A stretch of 64,000 nt of DNA from Flectonema sp. DT1601 (Eukaryota), in the NCBI GenBank assembly GCA_964019425.1, contig OZ025792.1:1178001-1242000 (forward strand), in the 5' to 3' direction. Shown in pieces: positions 35,796 through 45,495 of this stretch. The notes under the pieces were generated by a model. It did no database searches and was not told the DNA's origin. It worked only from the letters and a program-made list of their open reading frames with translations. Positions within the stretch are counted from its first letter, which is position 1; every line of letters starts with the position of its first letter. The position numbers were made by a program, and so were the translations under genes.

Positions 35796-36242
35796 TTAAA
35801 GATCGTCAAAGAAGCCCTGTAGTACTTGTATGAAAGGACAGTTGGATCTGCAGTAATACAAAAGTGGCTTACATACCTCCGGGCAAGGAATTTCCTTTTC
35901 TTCTTCCCACATGTTTGCTTGCATTTGTGTATTTCTTTTGACGCGTTGTAGTTCTTCCTGTCTATCTAGGGGTGCATTTTTAAATTCCATCTCTGACTTA
36001 GATATTGCTCCCTCCTCTCGAACTACCCTTCCGTCAAACTCATTGCTGAGTCCTCCTAATCGCTCCATTCGATCTCTTTCTTCTTTGTCTAATTGCTTAG
36101 TAGTTTCTGCGATTTGTTCTTTCTTCATTTCTTGGCTGTCAGCTCCCTTACATTGCCTTCTGTGACTACAGAATATGTTCATATGGAAATAAACACCACA
36201 CATATCACATTTAAAGAATTCTCCATCAGCGGTAAGGCTCAT
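35796..36242 (-). CDS. Small Zn-finger (CxxC..H..C) coiled-coil protein; possible 60-nt in-frame intron at 35817-35876
   Basis: CDMCGVYFHMNIFCSHRRQC. Removing GTATGT...TACAG gives the ending CPEGFFDDL*. Confidence 0.7.
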   Translation of the reverse strand: MSLTADGEFFKCDMCGVYFHMNIFCSHRRQCKGADSQEMKKEQIAETTKQLDKEERDRMERLGGLSNEFDGRVVREEGAISKSEMEFKNAPLDRQEELQRVKRNTQMQANMWEEEKEIPCPEVCKPLLYYCRSNCPFIQVLQGFFDDL

Positions 36243-36679
36243 TTTAGTATTCTTTCTCTTGAGAAAATAAATATTTGAAAATGTTCTTTTTTTTTTATTA
36301 AAGAAATATCTCTGCTATGTATTCTTCCCTTGAGATTGATTGACACTATTGACTACTTGTTATAATATCTTCTGTATAAGGAAATAAACTTTGAGAATAA
36401 AGATAGTTGTCTCTCATTGTGGTTTGCTTCTCCGAAAATAGAAGTTCTCATCCACTGTTTGGTGGCGGTAGATGAACAACCTTCGACCAAGAGATTAAAT
36501 GTTAGCAGAGGTCGAGAGAAGGATTAGTAAACCCGAGAAAGATTATTTAAGAGAGAGAAATACTACAACATTGTATACTTCGATATTTCGAAGATCACGG
36601 CTGGTTAAAACAGTTTAATTAATAACGCTATCGATCTACACGAAATAGAAGTAAGGATCGATGGAAGTGGCAGCCGTTT

Positions 36680-37456
36680 CTATAATTTTGAAAAATCTCC
36701 ACTTCGACCAGCTCCGTTCATGAATCGTTTGGCACCAGCAACAGCGTCTGGTAATGTTGTTGTAGCTTCATCGAGTTCCTGTTGGAGCACTACTTCAAGA
36801 GGTTGAGAAAATGATCGATAAACAGAAAGACGATCAGCTCTCATAGTGGCCTGAGGAAATCGGGTAATGGACTGCGCGAGTTCCTGAGCGGATTTGAGAG
36901 AGTTACCGTGGGGAACAACGCGGTTAGCGAGTCCCCAAGAGAGTGCTTCTTGAGCATCAACTTTCCTCCCAGTGAGAATCATATCAAGGGAACGAGATTG
37001 ACCAATAAGACGAGGAAGTCTCACAGTGCCTCCATCAATCAGCGGAACACCAAAACGTCTGCAGTAGACACCAAAGTACGCATCTTCTTCAACAACTCTC
37101 ATGTCACACCACAAGGCTAATTCAAGACCACCAGCTACAGCAGGACCACAAATAGCAGCAATAACTGGCTTAGTCATTAACATTCTTGTTGGTCCCATTG
37201 GACCATTCTTTCCACCCTTTACTGCAACAGGTGCATCAGTGATTGACCCGACGCTTTTTAAGTCCGCACCAGCACAAAAAAAGCCTTCTTCTCCAGTAAG
37301 AACTGCTGCTTTTATTTCATCATCCTTTTCAATTTCCTCAAATGCTTTTCTAAGTTCTGTTGCGCAGGGACCGTTCACCGCGTTTCTGACGTCCTTTCGA
37401 CAGATGACAACTGTTGCAACCCCAGCTTCGGTTGTTACCTTTATAAATTTGTACAT
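36680..37456 (-). CDS. Enoyl-CoA hydratase/isomerase (crotonase) family protein
   Basis: FCAGADLK, KPVIAAICGPAVAGGLELALWCD, DGGTVRLPRLIG, A.EAL.WGLANRVV. Confidence 0.95.
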   Translation of the reverse strand: MYKFIKVTTEAGVATVVICRKDVRNAVNGPCATELRKAFEEIEKDDEIKAAVLTGEEGFFCAGADLKSVGSITDAPVAVKGGKNGPMGPTRMLMTKPVIAAICGPAVAGGLELALWCDMRVVEEDAYFGVYCRRFGVPLIDGGTVRLPRLIGQSRSLDMILTGRKVDAQEALSWGLANRVVPHGNSLKSAQELAQSITRFPQATMRADRLSVYRSFSQPLEVVLQQELDEATTTLPDAVAGAKRFMNGAGRSGDFSKL

Positions 37457-37547
37457 GTGTATTCTGTTAGATTGTTGCTGGTAATGAAGAGCTATGAAGT
37501 ATAATTATGTTTGCAGACAGTTCCACCAGTCGGTACATAAAACGCAA

Positions 37548-38621
37548 TCAGGTTATCCTCATTTTTTGTGCGGTGGTGACGTCTCCTTTTCTAATTTGGC
37601 GAACTTTTCTCACGAGTATGCCTCTCTTTACTCCCAGTATCTCACGTGTTGTACGTGCTTGTTGCTTTTTCATTGCAAGAGTGTCTCTCTCTTGTTGTTC
37701 TTTTAGTCGTTTGTTTTCGGCCGCTTCTTCCTGAAGGCGTCGTTTTTTTGAGATGCGATCGGATATGCGCTGCTCTAGTGCTTCGTAGACGTATGACCAG
37801 ATTGGATGTTTTTTATTTGAAGACAAATGAGGATCATCAAGAAGTTCAGAAAGTAACGCCTCATTATCTTCAGCTGCTACTTCAACTGAAGCATAACGAG
37901 TAGAACTGGCTTCACAAGAACTGTCGATAACCATTTCACGGAGAGCATCACTTCTGAAGGCAGCAACCTTTAACTGACACTCAAGATAATTTATTAAATC
38001 TTCCTTTCGATATGGACAGCCGTCTTCTTCTTCTTCAATTTCTGGTTCAGATTCTTGTTGTTCATCTTCAGGGTGATTTTCAAGAGACCTATGAGCAGTA
38101 GATATACCTCCCAATTCCAACATCATCTTTAGGTGAGGAGTTGCATTACCGTTACACCAATTTTCAGAAGCGCTAATAATAAGGGACAGACCTGCGAAGT
38201 TAGATTTTGGAGGAGGTTGTTGTTTCCATCTTCGACTTGCTATGTAGTGACTGTGAATGACATCTTCACAAAGGATTCTGTGTATACCTGCTTGTAAAAC
38301 CTTCACAGCAAGCTGTGATATTCGAAGTCCATTTCTACTTGCGAATAAAGCAGCTTTACGTTCTAATAGTTTTGTGTTTATTACGGCATCTGCTGAGGCA
38401 TTCCCAGTTGGTTGTTCATTAAAGTTACAATCAATTCCTTCTTTTATTGCAACTGGTTCTTCATCAAGGATAAGGTTTGCTGTATCTCTGACTTGACTAC
38501 GAATTACTTTTAAAGTGTCTTTGTCTTCAACAGCAGAATGCATTTCTTCTTTTGTCATCCTTCCCCATTTGTAGATTATGCCAACGGCTTTTTCAATTGC
38601 GATATTTGGATTATCTGACAT
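37548..38621 (-). CDS. Hypothetical protein with C-terminal coiled coil
   Basis: 357-aa ATG ORF on the gene strand; no family recognised. Confidence 0.75.
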   Translation of the reverse strand: MSDNPNIAIEKAVGIIYKWGRMTKEEMHSAVEDKDTLKVIRSQVRDTANLILDEEPVAIKEGIDCNFNEQPTGNASADAVINTKLLERKAALFASRNGLRISQLAVKVLQAGIHRILCEDVIHSHYIASRRWKQQPPPKSNFAGLSLIISASENWCNGNATPHLKMMLELGGISTAHRSLENHPEDEQQESEPEIEEEEDGCPYRKEDLINYLECQLKVAAFRSDALREMVIDSSCEASSTRYASVEVAAEDNEALLSELLDDPHLSSNKKHPIWSYVYEALEQRISDRISKKRRLQEEAAENKRLKEQQERDTLAMKKQQARTTREILGVKRGILVRKVRQIRKGDVTTAQKMRIT

Positions 38622-39072
38622 TTAGATTCCAATAAGTACTTTTATTGTAAAACACGAATATGGAAAATCTGTCAGTCGATGACTTACAGTAAAACCAACT
38701 ACTTCTTAACTACATGTCATCTATAATATTAAAAAAGAAATTGGTAATTAAATAAAGTCGTAAGACACTGCATGTAATGGTTACCGCAAACTCTCAAGAG
38801 TGGCGACTACAGAAGAAAGCAAGAGGGAAGAGAAAAGAAACTTTTTTTTTTTTTTTTTTTAAATATGAAAACTGTTTGCATCCATCCATGTACATCTACA
38901 GAAGACTTCCGTCTGAAGACGGAGGAGTTTTCTTCTGAAATAATGAGTGGAGGACGTCTAGCATACTATTGAAACAGAGAGTTTCGAAAATCAAAGGGAG
39001 GGAAAAAAAGAAGTTTAAAAAAACTGGGAATTGAAAAAAACAAACTGAGAGGGAACTGAAAATTTGGAACTT

Positions 39073-39103
<31 letters not shown>

Positions 39104-39238
39104 CCCCATTCGTCCGCCCGAATTTCTTCTTTGGATTATGTAGGGCACTCGTGCACCTTCAATCGTTAGAAGATATTCAACAAATACTTTCATGGGAGTT
39201 TAAGAGTGGAATTTTCATCATCTTATTTATGTAACAAA

Positions 39239-39586
39239 TTATCTTACGTACGTTTTGGCCGCGTAACCCTCAGCTTTCTGGCATCTGTTACACTTGCCAA
39301 ATTTCCACATGTGGGGTCCTCCCTTGGGGCAATCTCCGGATCTACTTTCCATTGCTGAGCTGGCTTTCTGTCTAAAAGTGCTAGCTTCTCCTGGTTGAAT
39401 TCTTACCTTACCTGTGAATGCTCCACTAGTTGGTGCGGCACTGTAAGCTCCAGTATTCCAGCTTCCCCTGCTTGATGGAGCTGCCCCACTAGTAAGAGGT
39501 TGAATGCACTTTGGGCATTCATTCTTTCCGTACTTGTCGAGCCATCTGAAGGCGCAGTGTGGGCATTCCTTTCTGACTTCTGGCAT
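39239..39586 (-). CDS. Small Cys/His zinc-binding protein, paralogue 1
   Basis: CPHC..CPKC and [17 protein letters not shown]; protein sequence conserved with 40125-40463 despite many synonymous changes. Confidence 0.85.
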   Translation of the reverse strand: MPEVRKECPHCAFRWLDKYGKNECPKCIQPLTSGAAPSSRGSWNTGAYSAAPTSGAFTGKVRIQPGEASTFRQKASSAMESRSGDCPKGGPHMWKFGKCNRCQKAEGYAAKTYVR

Positions 39587-40124
39587 TGTTGTAAGGTTGT
39601 TAAAGTAAAGCTGTGTTTAAAATTTTTTTTTTAAATCACTGAAAAAGAAACATTTCCTCATATTCACTTATTTTGTTCCTTGGTTACAAACTAATTCCCT
39701 AAAAAGCACCGATTATCTTCACTTTTTTTTTTTTTTTTTTTTTTCTCTCCTCTCAAACCAGGCTCTTCAGCCAGGAAGAGTTCAGCCACCGTCGTCAAGA
39801 GGTCGTTATTTTTCTTTTTTTATTTTCTTCTTCTTTTTCAGTGCTTTTATATTTCTTCTATAAGAAGACGGGAAGAGGTCAGGACTCAACGAAGCGACTC
39901 AGACCCTATTTAGTTTAGCCAGGACTGCAACAGGAAATCATAAAAAATAAAAAGAAACTACACGAAGTGAGGGAGGATATAAATATAAAAAAAAAAGGGT
40001 CAACTTTTTTTTTTTTTTTCTTTTGCGGCTTTTTTTTTTTCGTTGTTTTTTTGAAAACTTTTTTGTAAAGTATTACTCTCGCATAAGGTTATAAAGACTT
40101 TCATGTCGCGGAGAGAGGTTCAAC

Positions 40125-40463
40125 TTAACGGGACTTAACAGCGTAACCTTCACCCTTGCCACACTTGCTGCATTTACCGAATTTCCACATGTGGTTTCCT
40201 CCCTTAGCACATCCTCCGGACTGACTTTCCATGGCGGAACTTGCTTTCTGTCTGTAGGTACTTGTTTCACCTGGCTGGAGTCTCGCTCCTCCGTGAAGCC
40301 CACTGGTTGGTGTGGCATTGTAAGTTCCTGAACTCCAAGATCCTCTCGATGCTGTTGCAGGTCCCGTGGTCAATGGCTGAATGCACTTTGGGCATTCATT
40401 CTTTCCGTACTTGTCGAGCCATCTGTAGGCGCAGTGTGGGCATTCCTTTCTAACCTCTGGCAT
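40125..40463 (-). CDS. Small Cys/His zinc-binding protein, paralogue 2
   Basis: CPHC..CPKC and [17 protein letters not shown]. Confidence 0.85.
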   Translation of the reverse strand: MPEVRKECPHCAYRWLDKYGKNECPKCIQPLTTGPATASRGSWSSGTYNATPTSGLHGGARLQPGETSTYRQKASSAMESQSGGCAKGGNHMWKFGKCSKCGKGEGYAVKSR

Positions 40464-40632
40464 TTTATAAGTGGGGGTGGAAGTTAACTTGCTGTTGAAA
40501 AAAGTAAAGAGCCTCTACGCTTCCAAACAAGCTTTATTATAACCTAAAACCCTACAAAGGGCATTGTAAATAAGGACAGGGAATAGAACGAAATAGAGCT
40601 AGAGTTGAATAAGATAGGGGGGAATGCATAAA

Positions 40633-41112
40633 TTATTTTTTTGACTTGCGTGCCTGCAGCTTATAGTCTTCCATGAGCTGAACTTCCTTACATGGGTTTG
40701 ATGAATCGTAGTCAGGACTCATCTCTGATCGAATACGCTGTAGGAGGATTGGGTTCCATTTTTTCCAGAAGTCATCACCCTTTGCTTTTATTGGACCCTT
40801 CGTAGTTATCAATTCCTTCAAACACTCAGCATTCTGATTGAACTTTGCGACGTTTGCTGAATACATGATATCAACCTTCACTTCTTCCCAGTCTGATCGC
40901 TTTGGATATTTTCTAGTTTGCCCCAACACCCAACAGCGCATGCCATCTCTCTCAGCTCTGATGGTTTCTATGTATTTGTCATCGTTATATTTCGCTGCTT
41001 GGTAATACTGTTCAGAGCTTACCCAAGTCTTGCCATCAAGTTCAAAACTGTCATGACTGAAGTTGTCGGTTGACTTTTGGACCTTTCCGTCAATAGTACA
41101 TGGACCTCCCAT
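40633..41112 (-). CDS. NADAR (YbiA/DUF1768) family protein
   Basis: NFS..F.LDGKTW.SSEQYYQAAK, DWEEVKVDIM..AN.AKFNQN, L..T, DDFW. Confidence 0.85.
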   Translation of the reverse strand: MGGPCTIDGKVQKSTDNFSHDSFELDGKTWVSSEQYYQAAKYNDDKYIETIRAERDGMRCWVLGQTRKYPKRSDWEEVKVDIMYSANVAKFNQNAECLKELITTKGPIKAKGDDFWKKWNPILLQRIRSEMSPDYDSSNPCKEVQLMEDYKLQARKSKK

Positions 41113-41457
41113 TGCTGTAAAGAAAGAGAAAGACTTGATTGATTCTTCATCAATACGTTCACAGTACTCATGTTTAGATAAAACTGTTCAAAGAGAAAAA
41201 GACTTTAAGTGTGGAAGCATTTCAACAGGAAAGTTTTGTTACAATTGACTACTTTCTTTTTACCTTTTCGAAGTCTTTCTCGGATTCGTTCAGTTGAAGT
41301 TACCTCTCTTCTGGGTGTCGTGTCCACAAGTGAGGTGAATATGACTGAATTCGATTTGTTAATTAATAATAACGATTACGGTTCCTTCCTCTTCAGGCAG
41401 GTGGCTACTTGCAATGTGCAGGCAGTAGTGTAGAAACTAATAAAAGAACTCTCATCT

Positions 41458-41985
41458 TTAAGGGTCTTCAGTCTCTACTTGTTCTTTTGTGCAAGTCGAG
41501 TCTCCCTGACGGCAAATCAAATCAGTGAGTTCAACGACAGGTTTTGAGTATTGGGCAAGGAACTCTTCTTCAAAATCACTGAGGACTTCTCCACAACGAG
41601 TTTCCAGATAAGAGTTAATCCAGTTACCCTGAAGTCTGCTGATCGCTTTGTTCTTTGAAAATATTTCAGTTGGCTTGTTGTTCTTTCTGAGCAGTCCGTA
41701 GTTGTCTCTCATGACACGACAAAGTCCGTCAATCTTGTCTTCTAGTTCGTATGCCTTTGGTTTTCCATGACGAAGTTTAGAGACCGTCTCGAGTGCAGTT
41801 TTCACTTCTGAGACGACACATTTACAAGCAGAACAACGTAGTCTTTTGTTGACGGCTTTGTCTCCAAAGTCTGGAAGACCATCAGTTTGCTCATCTGTTG
41901 CTTCAGTTCCTTCTTTTTGTTGACCAGCTGCCTTGTTAAGAAGCGTTCCCACCAATAGCGCGAATAACACTCTGCCGGTTGCCAT
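41458..41985 (-). CDS. Canopy/saposin-like (DUF3456) secretory protein
   Basis: Signal peptide, CSACK..V.E, saposin-type cysteine spacing, L.T.C..VL.DFEEE. Confidence 0.75.
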   Translation of the reverse strand: MATGRVLFALLVGTLLNKAAGQQKEGTEATDEQTDGLPDFGDKAVNKRLRCSACKCVVSEVKTALETVSKLRHGKPKAYELEDKIDGLCRVMRDNYGLLRKNNKPTEIFSKNKAISRLQGNWINSYLETRCGEVLSDFEEEFLAQYSKPVVELTDLICRQGDSTCTKEQVETEDP

Positions 41986-42216
41986 GTTTCTTTCTTTTTT
42001 TTTTTTTTTGTTCTCTCCCTTATTCTGTGTGAAGGATACATGACATTCATAATACTTAATTAAGTATCCTCTCGAGTCTACTCATGAAGGTTTGATATGA
42101 TTCTGAAATAACAAAAAAAGAAGAAGATGATATTCTCACTTAATAGAAAGGATTCACAACATAGTACGATATGAACTGATATTAATTAAACTAATAAGGT
42201 GTAAGTGAATAGAATG

Positions 42217-43479
42217 TTAGTTCAAGTCCGCTCGTGGTGGACTTTCAGCTGCTATAATTTCCCTTCTAATGGGCGATACTGGTGGTGGTGTTGGCTGTTT
42301 GGCGGCTATTTTCTTTTTCGTTGGAGGTTTATTCTTTTCGGTTTCACGATTCCTATTCTGACATGTCAGAGATGGAGCCTTCCCTACAGTAGTTGTCTTA
42401 CTCGAAGATACGCGTCTCAGACTTTTGATCATTTTATCCTTTTCCTCTACAAGTTGCTCAGATAGACTCAATTGTTTTTGTAGTTGAACGTTATTTTTAA
42501 TTAAAGAGCTCATAGTTATCTGAGGGGTAGTCACCTCTTTGTGAGTAACTTTCTTTTCTGAAGAATGAGGTGACAACAAATCTGATACAGCAATACTATA
42601 AGGACATGATAGCGATTGTTGTTGTTGGTGTCTTGCTTTTCGTTTCATTTCTTGTTTTCCTAAATATTTTTGTCCAACATCACGTAATCGTTCTTCAAAT
42701 ACTTCACTTGAAAGCTCAGGAGTCATCCCACACCTTTGAAGAGCAGTATAGCATAGGTATTGCATTGTTTGTTTTTCACGTTCTTTGTTTACCTTCCCTC
42801 CTGTTGGTAAGCACCGCCCACTTTTCTTATCATCCAATAATCTAGAAGGAACTAATTGAGGTCTAAATGCATATTGTTTATTGAGAGTTTTATTAGGATA
42901 CAAACTAGTCTCTCCTCTGTAACGAAGTCTTGTCAGACGTAGTGGATTCTTTGCTGACGCATGCATTCGACGTATTGCATGGTATTTGTGTTTAGCAGAT
43001 GCCGAAACTACTAAATTAGAAACTGCTAAACGTTCACCGGATGAACAAACTAATTTAGAAAATGTGTTCGGCCGTTGATCATGTGGAATGATAGCCTTAC
43101 ATGATGGTGGCTTTGGGATAAGACCAATGTAATGTTCGCTATCAACGTCATCAGAAGAACTAAAGAAATACGCAAATCTTGTTCTTGATATTTGATCATG
43201 AGGTTCTAATGAAAGGATATGACTGTCAGCGTCTATTCCAAGCTTAAAAAAAGCATCTGCTTCACGGAATCTACTTCCCAAGACGTATTCATCTCCACCA
43301 GACATTTCATCAAATAGATTAGCTACGACACTACTTTGCTTTAATTGTTCTATTTTTAATATTTCTTTGTGATCATCAACTGTAAGATAATCAACATTAT
43401 CCTTACAAAGCAGGTCGAGGTATTCTTCAATTGTCTTCTTATTGAGAGCACAAAGTGAATCCCCCGGAGAAGGGGGCAT
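42217..43479 (-). CDS. Hypothetical protein
   Basis: 420-aa ATG ORF on the gene strand with a coiled-coil and low-complexity C-terminus. Confidence 0.75.
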   Translation of the reverse strand: MPPSPGDSLCALNKKTIEEYLDLLCKDNVDYLTVDDHKEILKIEQLKQSSVVANLFDEMSGGDEYVLGSRFREADAFFKLGIDADSHILSLEPHDQISRTRFAYFFSSSDDVDSEHYIGLIPKPPSCKAIIPHDQRPNTFSKLVCSSGERLAVSNLVVSASAKHKYHAIRRMHASAKNPLRLTRLRYRGETSLYPNKTLNKQYAFRPQLVPSRLLDDKKSGRCLPTGGKVNKEREKQTMQYLCYTALQRCGMTPELSSEVFEERLRDVGQKYLGKQEMKRKARHQQQQSLSCPYSIAVSDLLSPHSSEKKVTHKEVTTPQITMSSLIKNNVQLQKQLSLSEQLVEEKDKMIKSLRRVSSSKTTTVGKAPSLTCQNRNRETEKNKPPTKKKIAAKQPTPPPVSPIRREIIAAESPPRADLN

Positions 43480-44205
43480 ATTATGTCCTCAGTACTGATA
43501 ATTAGAATGGTACTTTTCGAACCTTTTTTAGATAGATTTATTTCTTTGATGTGTAATACATAAGTGTTGTATGTCTGTTAATAGTGAAGGTAGAAGAGTA
43601 AAGCACTTATTATAAGTGATGGTGGAGGAAACTGGAATTCAATTGCACATTTCCTGGCTGTCAATTGCCAAGAAAATAGAAAAAAAATTAGAAAACACCA
43701 ACCTTCCTGCGATTGAAAACTTGTAGAACTTCGGGTGTTAGTCAGAAGGGGTTCCACGACAGTCGCAGGAAGGTTTTTCTTTTCCTCAGAGAGGTTGCTT
43801 TCAATTTGTGGAATTCTCATGCGTGGCGGGTGTCAGTCACTAAATAAAACCAATTACCACAAAAAGGATATCAGTAACGTTCAGTAACAACCCCGCCATC
43901 ACCTGAGGGGCTAGAAAGAAGTTGGAAGATTCTCTCACCGGCGCAATGAACTAGATTCTACACAAAACAATGACTGAGCGACTCTCAAGTAGTTTATGCC
44001 CAAATGTCAAGGTTCTTTCTGAATAGAAATAACGTGTAAAACAAACTCCAATGCAATAGTTCACAGAGAATCATTAAGTGACGAGTATGGTTAAAGCTGT
44101 GCGATTACTTACTGGAGCTGAGTGTCAAAAACAACTCCAGTTCGATTCTCGCTCCGCGGGAAATTTATATCCACGCGCGCTCCCTTACTAACGTAAGGTG
44201 CGCGC

Positions 44206-44620
44206 TTATGCTCCTCAACCTCCGGCGGCGGCACCAGATTGTACTATTTTTATTATTTTAAAGGTGTGGTGTTGATTTCGTCATTTGATACCAAATAATT
44301 ATTAAAAAACAAATAATACTATTGTCAAAAACTTAATTCAAAAAAAAAAAAAAAAAGGCAAAAGGCAAAATCTACATACATTCGCCCTTATCCATTCCGC
44401 GTATATTTCCTCTCGGTCCTCCACCGCCACCTCCCTTTCTCGATTGCTGAAGAGCTGTTTGGTGATCACCAAGAGAGTGTCCAGGCATCATTGACATGAA
44501 GAAGAAGACTATTATATTTATGAAACCAAATATAGCTTCCTGCACCTTCATCAAAAATGGTTTGTCACCCATCCTCCCTCCAGAGATGTAGGTGGGGGCC
44601 CCAGTAGTCCTACCCGACAT
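44206..44620 (-). CDS. SELENOK: Selenoprotein K (SelK/SelG family), two exons 44380-44620 and 44206-44243, 92 aa, Sec TGA at 44215-44217
   Basis: YISGG, a single TM helix and a Gly/Pro/Arg-rich tail. Splicing GTATGT(44379)..AAAATAG(44244) gives ...GELQSGAAAGG-U-GA*, matching the SelK GGUG end. Confidence 0.88.
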
Positions 44621-45495
44621 GGTTATACTTTTGTTTTCCCTTTTTTTTTTTTGTAAAAAAAAAAAAATACAATATGAAAAGAATTAACCAAAACCAAGAT
44701 AAATAAGTAATCACAACTAACAGGCCAATTACATAGTGGTATTCTGATTACAAAGATAAACTGGCTTGTCTTATTTATATGATCCTCACTAAACAGGTGG
44801 TCACATTGTAAAGCGGGAATCGAAAAAAGAAAAGAAAAATGAATAAAAAAGGAGAAAAACTTTTTAGTCGTGTGTCTTTTACATTCAAATATGTCTATCA
44901 CTCAAGTCTGATTCATTAACACGAACAGTTTGGTGCCTTTCACTAAAGAAATTAAATCAACTATGTCGGCGACACACAATAAAAATAAAATGAAATAAAA
45001 CTATATATCAGAGACACAAAGAATCCTCTTAACGCACAACTGGCAAAGTTTTTTTTTTTTTTTTAATTTATTTATCACGTCTCTCCACTATTCTGAAGTA
45101 TAGAATTATGGAAAAAACAAAAACAAAAAGTAAAGAAATCAATATCGACTGTATACACGTGTACGTGTCACACATACAAAGTTAATTATGACTTAAGCGG
45201 AACAAGGGTGGAAAAAAGATGATGTTGCTGATTACCGCTCCTACATAGAAAAATTGCCAACTATTGGAGAAAGACTAATTAGGAAATGATTGCAAGTAGG
45301 ATCCCGTGAGGTTAAAACGCACAAAACAGGGAAAGTGAGAACTGAAAAAAAAAAATTTAATTTCCCAGTGAACTCACATACATTCATAGAAATTAATCTT
45401 CTTACATTTCACTTTGTCACAAAAACCGTAACAAGATTGCAACTCATCTCAGTCAGGGCCAGTAATTAGGAATTCAGAGTACTTTCCTTTTGTCA

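Noticed and set aside
36505..36530. U6-like gagagaaggattagta
   Set aside because: Too short and mismatched, with no other U6 features.
38633..38648. Spliced-leader-like gtacttttattg
   Set aside because: Partial match only; no full SL exon or SL RNA gene structure.
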